The notes under the pieces are model-generated. The model did not search any database and was not told where the DNA came from. It was given only the letters and a program-made list of their open reading frames with translations. From contig CAJNYD010000166.1 in assembly GCA_905331295.1 (NCBI GenBank), positions 1 through 39,396 of the forward strand: a stretch of 39,396 bases of DNA, given 5' to 3'. Within the stretch, counting starts at the first letter, position 1, and each line of letters begins with the position of its first letter. The position numbers were made by a program, and so were the translations under genes. This DNA comes from Rotaria socialis. Taxonomy: Eukaryota. Shown piece after piece: positions 13,283-24,762 of this stretch.

Positions 13283-14856
13283 CTAGGCTTGAACCGCAAT
13301 ACGATGATCAGCATTGTTGGTTGGATTAGAATTATTATTGCACTTAGCTTGACGAATAGCTTCATTCAATCGATCAACTATACTCATCGCACTTCGACTT
13401 GTGTCGACATGGTTTAATTCGGATGATTCTTCCTTTGATTTTTGTTGTTGTTGAAGTAAATTTAATAATTCAAAGCCAGCATCTTTTTCGGATGAAATCA
13501 ATGAAGATAATGGTGGCGGAGATAAACATGGAGAAGATGGTGCTGATGGCCAAATAGGTAAACGACCCAAAAGTTTATCAATGACTGAATTTCCTGATGA
13601 TGATAAACGTTTCTCGTCTTCGCTATGCATCGAAATAGACGATGGAGATTGTCTGAATTCTTTTTCTTCCTTATACGGTAAATATTCAAAAATCAAATGT
13701 CTAAACAAGATTTTATTATTATTTAGTTGAACATTTGTTCATGATTAAACTTACTCAATGAATGGAAGAGCTGTATAATAAGGATCACTTAATCGTTGCT
13801 GTTCTTTCCAATATTGTCTTAATGTATGCATTTCATCATTACTTGCATGTAAATTGAACCACATTATATCCTTGAATAGAATATTTATTGACCAAAAATA
13901 TACATTTATTAATTTTATTCTTACAATAATCTCTCGTCTGTCATATTCAAAATGAACATTTGTTTCATCAAAATTTTCAATCACAAACAATCCCACCATT
14001 CGATCATCAGCTAAACGAGCTTCCCAATATTGCGATGGAGACCATGAACTTAAGTCGATGTTAACTTCTTCAGAAAACTAATCAGTAGAAAATGATAATA
14101 AGAGAAGATTAATTAAAATATAAAACTAACTTCTCTCAATGCACATGACCATTGACTTTCGAATGTATATGTTTCAGGATTCAGTTTCAGTTTACCTTTT
14201 GGGAAACTCCAATAATATTTTTCATTTTGTACCAAGAATACCTATTACAGTACATTTAGGTTAGAAGAAATTTTGAATTCATCAGTTTCTTCTTACTTTA
14301 TTTTCTTTATTAATTAAAACTATGCCAAATGCTTCTTGTTGAATTTGTCGATAGACATTGACAATCATTCGAATCAAATCAGATTTCCCTTGTAATCTCG
14401 GATAAAGTATCTCCATTATATCTTTTTAATAGGAGAGAAAAATAAAAATCGAATTATGATTTTTTTTCGACGAAAAATTACATACGAGTATCAAGAACAT
14501 ATTGTATAAATTTTTTTCGTTTTGAAATTTGTCGTGTATCTTGTGCATAGAACCATTTCTTTTTTATCTGTTCGAGATCAAGAAATAATTTGAATGGATC
14601 TCGTGTACCTACTAGACGCAGTATACGATGACTAATTAACAGAAATAAAATCAATCAATGAAATAAATTTATGGTTTAGACCGCCTTTTTTTTACTTAAA
14701 ATTTAGTTTAATATTATTTGGTTCTGGTTGATGATGCATGATACTCTCCAATAATGCTGGATTGGAAAAAGCAGCAAAATATGGTTGTTGTCGAAACCAA
14801 CCATTTGAATTTGATGATAAAGATGATGATGAATTAGGTGATTGTGGTTCACTCAT
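13283..14856 (-). CDS. Divergent Dcp2-like mRNA-decapping Nudix hydrolase, multi-exon
   Basis: Box-A-like DPFKLFLDLEQIKKKWFYAQD, then FGIVLINKENKILLVQ and Nudix region WSFPKGK...ESQWSCALREFSEEVNIDL, then VGLFVIENFDE and a Ser/Pro-rich tail. ATG at 14856 (MSEPQSPNS). Confidence 0.72.
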
Positions 14857-16306
14857 TTCGGTTTGTTGCTATGATCCCATAAAATGATGATAACGCGATT
14901 GACTGGAGACAGCGTAGTGAACGCGCGAGAAAGAAACAACGATTAAGTAGTGATAAAATAAAAGATGGAAATGAAATGGTGTGCGTTTGTAGTTCGGTCT
15001 TAATAGCTACATTTTCTTGCTCGTTCTTTCTCGTCTTTTGTTAATTCGTTTTCTTTCTATTGCTAGTACATGCGTTTAGACAAAGGCTTAAACGCTAAAT
15101 ATGGACGTATGTTGAAAGAAGAAGAAGAAGAAGGCAGATACAGACAATAATAGGAATTCTTTAGCTTTTCTTTTTTAGAAAATCTCATGAGAGAGAAATA
15201 AAAGTAATTATTCATTATGTTATTTAAGTATCTATAATATCAAGTTCTTATTTTAAATAGAAACTTTCATGAAATGGTTCTATTGTTTGTTCGAAAAACA
15301 ATTACGATGGAATGCTACTGAAATATTGTATACTATTATCATGAAATGAATAACAATTGTTTCATTCTCAAGTTATATCAACCATTTCAGTCGCGAGAAA
15401 AATATTAAATTATATCTCTTAGGATCTTATTAGGAATATTAAAGAATATTTATTTTTATTATTTTTCTAATGATAGAAGTACCCACACAATATTCAATTC
15501 TGTTTTGACTTGCTCACACTCTAGTTGATATAGTACTTTGAGATTAAGAAAAGGACGCGAGCCGATAACGTATCAATTAAAATTTACAAGGATTGAACTG
15601 CACGTCTGGCATTCGAAATACACAACTGTAGAAATGTTGAATAAAAACGAATACGCTATTTCATAGTTAATAAAACAAATTTATTTATTGTTATTGCCAA
15701 TTTCAATTTTTGATTACTGAAGTATTAGAATTGTAGTGTTCATATTCTGATGATTATTTAAAGGTTTTTATTAAAATATTATAGTCTATTAATTCTAAAC
15801 AATAACTGGAAGTATTTAATTCAATATTTCTACACCGATCTTTGTCTTATTGAAACTCTGTCTCTATATGATTATGATTTTTAGAAAACAATTTATTAAG
15901 AAAAAACAATTTTCAATTTGATAGAGGGCACTGGAAGTCGAGTAATGTTCTACACTAAAATAAACCTAAATTGGTAAAAACTTTGCCGAATGTAAAACTT
16001 TTTAATAATCCTTGAAAGTTTATCGTTATAGAGTTTTTTTCGGATGAAATATATTTATAAATAGAAAGTTATAAATCTGTCAGTCGTTTTCTTAGCAAAC
16101 GCTGTTTTCTTTTTATTGGCATGGCTGACTTTTTCTTCATCATCTTATTATTTTTCTTTACGTTTTCGAAGTCTACACTGCTCCTTATGCAGAAAATTTT
16201 AAAAAAATTTTGGTTTTCTTTTTAAACTTATTTTCGTTTTACTAATATTTCTCTCGTTTTCGCTTTGGTATTTCTAGAACACTAGCTATTTTTACAGCCG
16301 GTGAAA

Positions 16307-17767
16307 ATGGGCGTACCAAGCAATCCATCAGCATCAACAGGAACAGTAGCTAAATGGGATTCTCGGTTCGCTGGTCATGTTCCACATAATTCATCCTATT
16401 ATTCAAAATGTATTCTTGGTGGTATTCTTGCGTGTGGTCTTACGCACACAGCTATTTGTCCACTCGATGTTACAAAATGTAATATGCAAGTAAGTGGTTT
16501 TAAAATAAAATACTATTTATGTAAAAAAGATGAACGAGCATTAAATGAGAAATTTTTCTGAATTTATTTTAGAAAAATCTAAGAATGAATACCTATTACT
16601 TCCTCATATTCGTAATTTGTCCTTGAAGTTGCAACCAGCATTAAGAAAAAAGAATGCACTTAATAAATTTCTCTGTTCTGTGTACATAGTGAAGTCTGCT
16701 GGGTTGCTTTTCTTTCATTAAAAGTACATCTAGGGTAGAAAGGATTAGGTGGAAATTTTCTCCTAGGCAGCGAATGTGACCAAATTCGATTCATAAATGT
16801 ATCCATCAATGTCTTATTGTCTAACTGTTTTAAATGTATAAAAATTTTGTTTATTTTTCTCAACAGGTCAATCCGGATAAATACAAAGGTTTAGTCAAAG
16901 GTCTCCGATTGATTATTGCCGAAGAAGGAAGTCAAGCTATATGGAAAGGTTGGTTACCAACATTTTTTGGTTATTCAGCACAAGGAGCACTCAAATATGG
17001 TCTCTACGAGGTGTTCAAAGATCAATATGCTAATATGCTTGGTAAAGATAATTTCGAAAAATACAAAGGTTTGGTTTGGTGTGCAGCATCAGCATCAGCT
17101 GAATTCTTTGCTGATCTCGCTTTATGCCCATTTGAAATGGTTAAGGTCAAAGTACAAACAGCACCGCATGGCACATTTCCAGTAGCTTTTGGTCAAGCTT
17201 GGTCGCAAATGAATGCTCAACGAGTAGAAACTGGCTTTCCGTACCGATCAATTATACCATTATGGTCACGACAAGTACCTTATACAGTAGCAAAATTTTT
17301 CTTCTTCGAAAAAGTTAGTTTCTTAAATAAGAATTATTCAGTTTGCATTGAAGAATATTTTAGATCGTACAATTATTCTATACACATATTTTTACACAAC
17401 CAAAAGATTCATATTCAAAAACAACACAACTCGGTGTTACATTTGCTTCCGGTTATTCAGCTGGTGTTATTTGTGCTATTGTTTCACATCCGGCTGATTC
17501 AGTTGTATCTCTTCTTGGTAAACCTGCAAATAAAGGCAAAAGTTTAGGACAAATTATTAATGAAACTGGTTTTGTTAAACTAGCAACCAAGGTTTGCATT
17601 GTGTTTATTTGAAATGAGGATACAATTGATTGCTATTTTATTTTATTTTACGTTTTCAGGGTCTTGGCACTCGTATAATTATGATTGGTACATTGACTGG
17701 TCTTCAATGGTGGATTTATGATACGTTCAAAACAGCTTTGGGCATGGGAACAACTGGTGGCAAATAA
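16307..17767 (+). CDS. Mitochondrial phosphate carrier (SLC25A3/Pic2 family), 4 exons
   Basis: Carrier motifs [20 protein letters not shown] and HPADSVVS. Phosphate-carrier signatures [21 protein letters not shown] and [13 protein letters not shown]. Stop TAA at 17765-17767. Confidence 0.96.
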
Positions 17768-18740
17768 TTTAATTCAAATTTTGTTTAAAAAAACTGTTTT
17801 TCGTTTTTTTTCTCTCTTCTACATCAAACGTCTCATATAAGATGTGATAGAAAATGGTGATCTAAATATGCTTTTCCTGATCTAGTTTTATTTTATTTTC
17901 TGTCAACACATAGATTCCTCATTAAGCGAATTAGTTTTAATTGAATCTTCATTTCTTTTTGTTTCTGTTTCTAAAAACATTAACAATTTATATGAAAAAT
18001 TTAGTAATAGAAATAAACTGAATATTAAATTTATCGAATACGTACACTGCTTTTTCGTCGAAGCAAATATGTGAAGCCAATCCGTTTTCTTTTCGCAATA
18101 ATACACATGATGTTTGCAGAAAACAATCAGTCAGACAGTAAATGTAATATAGACTTACTAAATATTGTTACCGGGATGAGAAATAAAATTTAGAAAAAAA
18201 AACGAACTCCATAATATGGTTCACAGGTCATTAAGAACTGCATGATGCACATAGTTCTCATGAAAAACCAATTTATCAATGAAAACATTTTCTTGAAAAA
18301 ACAAAACAGACGCGTAGGACATGATCAAATAATACTCGAGATCGAGAGAGCATATATGTTTCACAGATACATATCAAGACGTTGAAATTTTGCAGTTACT
18401 GACACATTCACATAGATTTTCACCTGCAAAGTAAAAAATCGAGCATTTTCCTAGTTAGAACCGTATAAAGAAATCGGTATTTCCACAAATCTAGTTGCAC
18501 TTTTTCTAATGTCAAATGACTGTTAGGTTCGACTGAATTGACTTATCAACTTAAAATATATTAAATATCATGAAAAAGTAGCTTATCTGCAATGTTAACT
18601 GTCTTCAAACAAAAATCTGTTTTGTAACTCTTCTCAATCATCAGAGAGCATCTATATCTCGGAAATGGTTCATTTGTTAGCAACTAAAACTTCGAATATA
18701 CTGCTGCATTAGATGCACCTACCTTACGTAGAAATATTAC

Positions 18741-20179
18741 CTGGCCTCGGATTGTAAGTTTTTGAAAATGTAGGAATCAGCACAGGATCAAACTTTTTAA
18801 AAATACAGGAAAAGGTGTAAAAAATCGGAAAAAATAGGATATCGAAAATTGGTTGTTTAGATTCGAATTAAACGTTGTTTTAAACTTTTCCTGCATCAAC
18901 TTAACATATGCACGAAATTTTTGTCAATATTTCATTTTAATTCTTTCTTAAATTAAATTAAATGAGTCAGACACAATTTAATTCAATCGAAATATGTTTA
19001 TTTACATATTAATAAACTAATACAAAATAAATCAGGGTGTCGGTAATGGTTTGTATTGTGTTTATACTCACATCAACCTACACTCACACCGAGTATGAAA
19101 ATTTTCAAAAATCGTATTTTGAGTTTTTTAACCAAGAAATGTTTTCAAAAAATATCAATGACAGATCGTTAGTTGTAGAATTTCAGTCTTTACAAGCTGG
19201 CCTATTTTGTTTTGACTTTCGTAGCTAAGGACAATGTGAACTCTTATACACTTTCTAACTCAATTTACCGTTCATGAGCTTCCATATAGATGTATCAATT
19301 TCGTTTTTGTGTATAACGGTTAGCTACAAAGAAAAGACTATTACTAATAAAAATCAAATAACTCTGATCATGTTAAGTGCTTCAAAATTGGTGAAGAAAA
19401 ACTGTACCTCAGCGTTACTAAAAATGTCACGTTGTTTTCTTGCACTTTTCATCTAAGGAAAAATAGCTTGGAGAAAACGATTTTAGTGTTTTAAAGCCTG
19501 GTCACAAAGCACTACAAAACTAACTCGAGAAGTGTTTCATTTGGAGAAACAATTGCAGAAGAAACTGAAGCTTATTAGTGGCCCTGAATAAAAGGGTATT
19601 TTTATGTCACAGTCCAGCAACCAAAACTCCTCTCTCTATAACCAAGAGACTTAATCCAAAAATGGTCATTTTATGGCATAACCATATCATGACAAGTTGC
19701 ATCAAATCACGTTTGAACGAACTTTCTAACTCACACAATTTCCAAGATAATGAAAAACAAAGTGTGTCAGAAAAGGTCACAGCGTTACGCTTGAACAAAA
19801 CCATTTACGTAACTGCATACGATAGACAACAATAAAAGCTTTTAAAAAACACACAACTATTTATAAAGACTATTTTACTTTGTTTGAATATCTTCACTTA
19901 AAATAGTCAGTTATTTTCATTTAGTCCGTTTGATAATGTGAAAAGAAATTGTAAATAAAATAGAGTCCTTTCAAAAAAATTCTAAGAATACAAAAGAATC
20001 AATAATTATCGAATAGATCTGTTTAAAAAACACGAAAATTATACTATAACAAGAGCGGTTTTTAGCAATTTTCTACTTTTTTTCATTTTTATAGGAAATA
20101 CAGGAAAATTCATCGAAATACAGGAGAAAAAATAGGAATTTTTTTAAATATAGGAAATATAGGACGAATCCGAGGCCAG
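18741..20179. mobile_element. Non-autonomous DNA transposon, hAT-like
   Basis: Perfect 13-bp TIRs (CTGGCCTCGGATT / AATCCGAGGCCAG) flanked by the 8-bp direct repeat AATATTAC (18733-18740 and 20180-20187). Subterminal ATAGGA/ACAGGA repeats at both ends. No transposase ORF. Confidence 0.88.
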
Positions 20180-20590
20180 AATATTACTCGAATTTGAACG
20201 ATCAATTGAACAATACCAGCTTAAAATTCATTCTGAAAATGACAACATGTTTACATTATAGAAATTAGCGTGAGATTTGTATGTTCAATTTAGAGTTCCA
20301 AGAATCAAAAGCATTTACGACTACGTGGAAAATATCATTTAATAAAGTTATTTTTAATTTTAAAAATAATTATATAGAATTGCGTGGGCCTGTTCGAAAG
20401 AGAATTCGCGTAATGAAATTTTTTTCTATGCTCATTTATCAACAATACAAATTTGTTTTGTATTAACAATAAAAAACGTGATCGTGAACAGTTATCATTA
20501 TTAATATTCTTTTATTATTATTTTTCTCCGACCAAATTCAATAAATACTAGATAATTTCATTTAATTAAATTGTGTATAACACAATAAGA

Positions 20591-21465
20591 ATGAATGTTG
20601 AAAATCAAGCTTCAAATGATATTCCAATTGTACGATTAAAACTAGGTCGGTCACTTATGATTGCTGACTCCGTCGCAATTACTATCGGAACAATTTTAGT
20701 ATTTTATGTATAGTTAAATATTTAAGAGAAGCTCATTTACGAACTCACTCTACATATATCGTAAGTAACATAGGATTGAAAAACATAATATATATTAATA
20801 GTTAATTTTAGTTTTATTTTATGTTAATCTATTGGTTAATTTCATCATTAATTAGAGCACCTATTTTTTTAATTGGGGATTACTTACAAGTATTTTCCTA
20901 TTATATAGATATTTGTGAAGTATCAGCTATTCATTATTTAACAATAAATATTGGTATGATAACATCGCTATTATATACAAGTATTGAAAGACTTTTTTTA
21001 CTATTTCATAAAACTGGTTTATTAACATGGTATCGTCAATTATTACAAGTTATGTGATTCCATGGCTTTTAATAATTTCTTTTTGTACCGCAATTAGTTA
21101 TGATTATAGGAACAATTTGTTTATTGTATTGTTTATCTCAACAGAAAGCAATGTTACATCGACAACCACAATAGCCTGTCTTGAAAAAAATTGGAATACA
21201 AATGAGTATTTATGTTATTTGGTGATGGCTTTGTTACTGTCCAACATCATTTTACAATTCAAGTATTGTTATTGATCGTTCTCGTTTTGTATCAGAACTT
21301 AAAATATTCATGGATATTACGAACACAATGACGTTACAAAAATATCCAGTATTAACGTTTACCTCAATGATACTATTTACACGATGTAGGCAAACAACCG
21401 AATTTCAAATTGCATAGCATAACGACAATAATCGCTCCTTCTAGTGACGTACCCCCTTGTGAAGG
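20591..21465 (+). pseudogene. Rhodopsin-like (class A) GPCR pseudogene
   Basis: Hydrophobic TM segments and TM3 C...YTSIERLFLLFH (DRY-equivalent), with an intron at 20761-20811. In-frame TAG at 20711 and TGA at 21055, each followed by GPCR-like sequence in another frame. The 3' end is approximate. Confidence 0.65.
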
Positions 21466-22117
21466 TTAAGAAAATAGAAAACAGTTTTATCGAAAATCGA
21501 ATATTGTTAATCGGTATATCTAACGCGTATGTCCTTTTGTGTATTTTACGACTCAAAAATCTATTGATTGATTACGGATTTCATTAGAAACTGATGCTGA
21601 AGCATGTGCTCTTAGAAATATATCTATATTCATACGCATCATTAACCTCTGTTTTGTCAATATTCAGCATTTTTCAAAACATTATATTTTGTTATTGATT
21701 TCGAAATGATAATATAGAATGACTAATACTTGTGCCTTGAATGATACTATTGGTATAAAGAGGCAGTCTACATTGATAATGTAGTAAACGAGAAAAATAA
21801 TATGCTCGTATTTTATCGAGTAACCTTTGTTTGATAGAAATCAACGAATAAAGCGAAACTCTCCACCAAGTTTCCAGGTGAATATGTGATAGTTTTACTT
21901 GTATCTGATACAAGCTGCATTTCAGTGGAACAATTTCACTATATTACTTTGCTATGTTAATTATTCAAAGCAGTGCATATAGTAGATTTGGCATATCGGG
22001 ATCAGAAAGCAATCGTAAACATGGTCGAGAATGAAAAAGAAATTCTGGTAATATTTTTTTTTAATGAAAAATGAAATTTAAAAAAACATGTACTGATTCA
22101 TAGAAAAATTTTGCATT

Positions 22118-22219
22118 CCCTAATCAACTCTTCCTAGAAGAATCCCCAGGGAGTCCCCTGGCGAATCCCCGGGGATTTCATTATTTTGCGGGGAGTCGTC
22201 GGGGGAGAGTGGACCAGGG
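22118..22219. mobile_element. ~100-bp MITE, copy 1
   Basis: GC-rich island CCCTAATCAACTCT...AGAGTGGACCAGGG with imperfect terminal inverted repeats. Clearly homologous to 38963-39061. Confidence 0.75.
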
Positions 22220-24725
22220 TTATGATTGTGTTGTTTCAAGGCGATATTTTAGTATTCATTCGAAACACTTATATAAACTCATTTACTTTTTTGAGTGCTC
22301 CTAAAAATGAAATAATTTCGTTTATGTTAACGTTCTAGTTTATTCAATTATTTATTGAAGATAAATGATTTGGAAAGATATTAAAATATTTATTTGTAAA
22401 CGTAGAGAAATTTTCCAATAGATGATATTCCTGTTGAACATCTTACATTTCTCTATATGCAAGATCAGCCATGAAAATTACCATAGTGAAGTAAAACTAA
22501 TATATCTTTGCAAAATAGTTGACCGCATTATTTCGAATGAAAGATTTTACTTCATCGTGTGCTTGAAATTAGAAATAAAATATTCCACTGGATGAAATAG
22601 TCGATGAAGTTGAAATAATAAACGAAAAAGAAACCGACGAAAATGTTTACTTCATATATAATTTACTGGAGCTACTAGAAAAAATACGATATACATGAGG
22701 GCAATATAGTTTCATGCGTAGTTCATAATATGACATAGCTGGGGTTTCGTTTTTTTTCTTGTTTGCATTGCTTGAAACTCTTTCTATGAAATCTATCATT
22801 TTGAATACGTAAAAATTCTGCACTCTGTGTCGCCCTCTCGATCTTTCAATTGCATACATATAAATAGAAGAGGTATGTATGATTCATGGTCGGTTGCTTT
22901 TGCATACGCATGCCAACATACTAGACACCTTCAATACAACGTTATTTTACATATCTTTCTTTTCTCTTTTTACTTCGATTGTCGTTCTCACAACCTATCA
23001 AAATCTACCACTATGCTTTAACATAAGTGTCATGTTCTTAAATACAAACTTATTCTCATTTTTCTTTCTTTCATTCTGGTGTTTTTCTCTTTCAGGTCAA
23101 CTTCTGAATAAATCGAGTGTCATTGATTGAATTAAATTTTACTTTCTTTGTATGTTTTTTTCTATCATAGTTATTCGCCAGAAATCCTACGATTAATGAA
23201 TGAATCATAAATTGTTTTCGTATCTGTTTAAAATCGTAAGATGAACAATAATGTTATCGATGGATTGATCGATCACACACCATTAGCCTGTCCTCTTTCT
23301 ACTTTCTTCTTTTCTTTTGTCGTGCTATATCGCTAACGGACAGAACGTCGTGCAATGTCGAAATATAAATACGTAAATAGCCCATCATTTTTCTTTTCGC
23401 ATAGAATAAGCACATGGGCCGAAGCACAATCATACCAAGAAAATTTACAAGTGAATCGCCATGCATCATTGTCTTTTTTATTTTAGCTTTAATTTTTTCT
23501 TTAGATATATTAAGTATAAAAACATGTGCAAAGCAAAACTGTAAAGTAATTCCATTAAAACATTCCAATAACAACATTAACTAATGGTTCTATCAAACAT
23601 ACCTGTGGCAATTTCAAAACTAATAGTTTCAATGTTGTTTTCATTTTGAAAAGGTCGAATACCTCTGCATGCATCAACATGTTGGTACAGTAGATAAAAC
23701 GAAGACACGACAAATGAAACGTTTCTTTTTCTCATTATTTCTTCTCTTTCACTCAGTGCACATTTTTTTCTCTGAAGTCGTACGTACACATGTGCACTTG
23801 TCTTGGACGTCCCGCTTTATATAATAATGTCAATAATCATACTACTACAGTCGGCAAATAAAAGAAATAAAGCAAGTCGATTTCAATGAGAGAAAAAAAC
23901 TTCTACTAAGCATTGTTCAAAATTCTTTTACCACCAACATTTTTTTTTCACAATTTAGAAGAATTTTTTTTTCGTGTTTATTGGTAGTTCTTTAAAAATG
24001 AGTTGAGAATAAACGATAGGTATATACATTCTTTGAATTTTATTTATTTTTCAAGTACGATGTTATATTTGAAAAAAGAATAAGATGAATGATTCATTGA
24101 TCGATAGCTTAATATTTGTAAGATATCATGAAGGGGTCATACTACGATTGTATATGCACTCGATTTAAGATAAAAATAGCAGCAAAAAATATTACATGCG
24201 TTTTTCGTATTATTTTAAATATGAAAAATAAAATACTATCCTTGATGCGAAATAGTATTTTACTAGGAGTATGGGTTGACTTCATCGATTTGGTAGAATA
24301 AAGTCGTACGGTTGAGATATTCTTCGTTTTTTTGTAAATTATTTACATAGTACTCAAATTAGACATTGAATATATTTTTATAATTGAATAGTACTTGATA
24401 AAAAAAATATTTGTTTTAATTGAAGCTGATCACTTGCTTTTTCTATTTAATTGATTTATTATTGTTTGTCCTTCGATGTCCTGGGAACAAAGTTTGACGG
24501 CTCATAGGTATGACGAGAAATAATGATATGCCCTTTTTGCCTCGATGGTACGCTCTATTGAATAACGATGTTGATACGAAATTTTAAGGGAGTTGACCAT
24601 TTGAAATGTTGAAATCAAAGAAAAGAAACACAAATAAGGCGCTCGTTCACTTATTAGACTCTCAGTCTTAGAAATCATCTTTATATAAATTCTCTTCATA
24701 ATAAAAAAAAACACCCATTCTTAAC

Positions 24726-24747
24726 CTCTCTCTCTCTCTCTCTCTCT
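24726..24747. repeat. (CT)n microsatellite / polypyrimidine tract before the RdRP start
   Basis: Direct reading of the sequence; followed by TTATAG then ATG at 24763. Confidence 0.85.
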
Positions 24748-24762
24748 TTCTCATTATTATAG

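Noticed and set aside
19033..19589. Nested element CAGGG...CCCTG inside the hAT-like insertion
   Set aside because: Only 5 bp of inverted match, and the flanks (AAATAAAT vs AATAAAAG) are not an exact TSD.
21692..22030. Minus-strand ORF fragment as a degraded gene
   Set aside because: Interrupted by stops, with no recognisable motif or consistent splice pattern.
22500..24714. Several short Phe/Leu/Ile-rich ORFs between the GPCR relic and RdRP
   Set aside because: Composition matches translated AT-rich non-coding DNA; no exon chain could be built.
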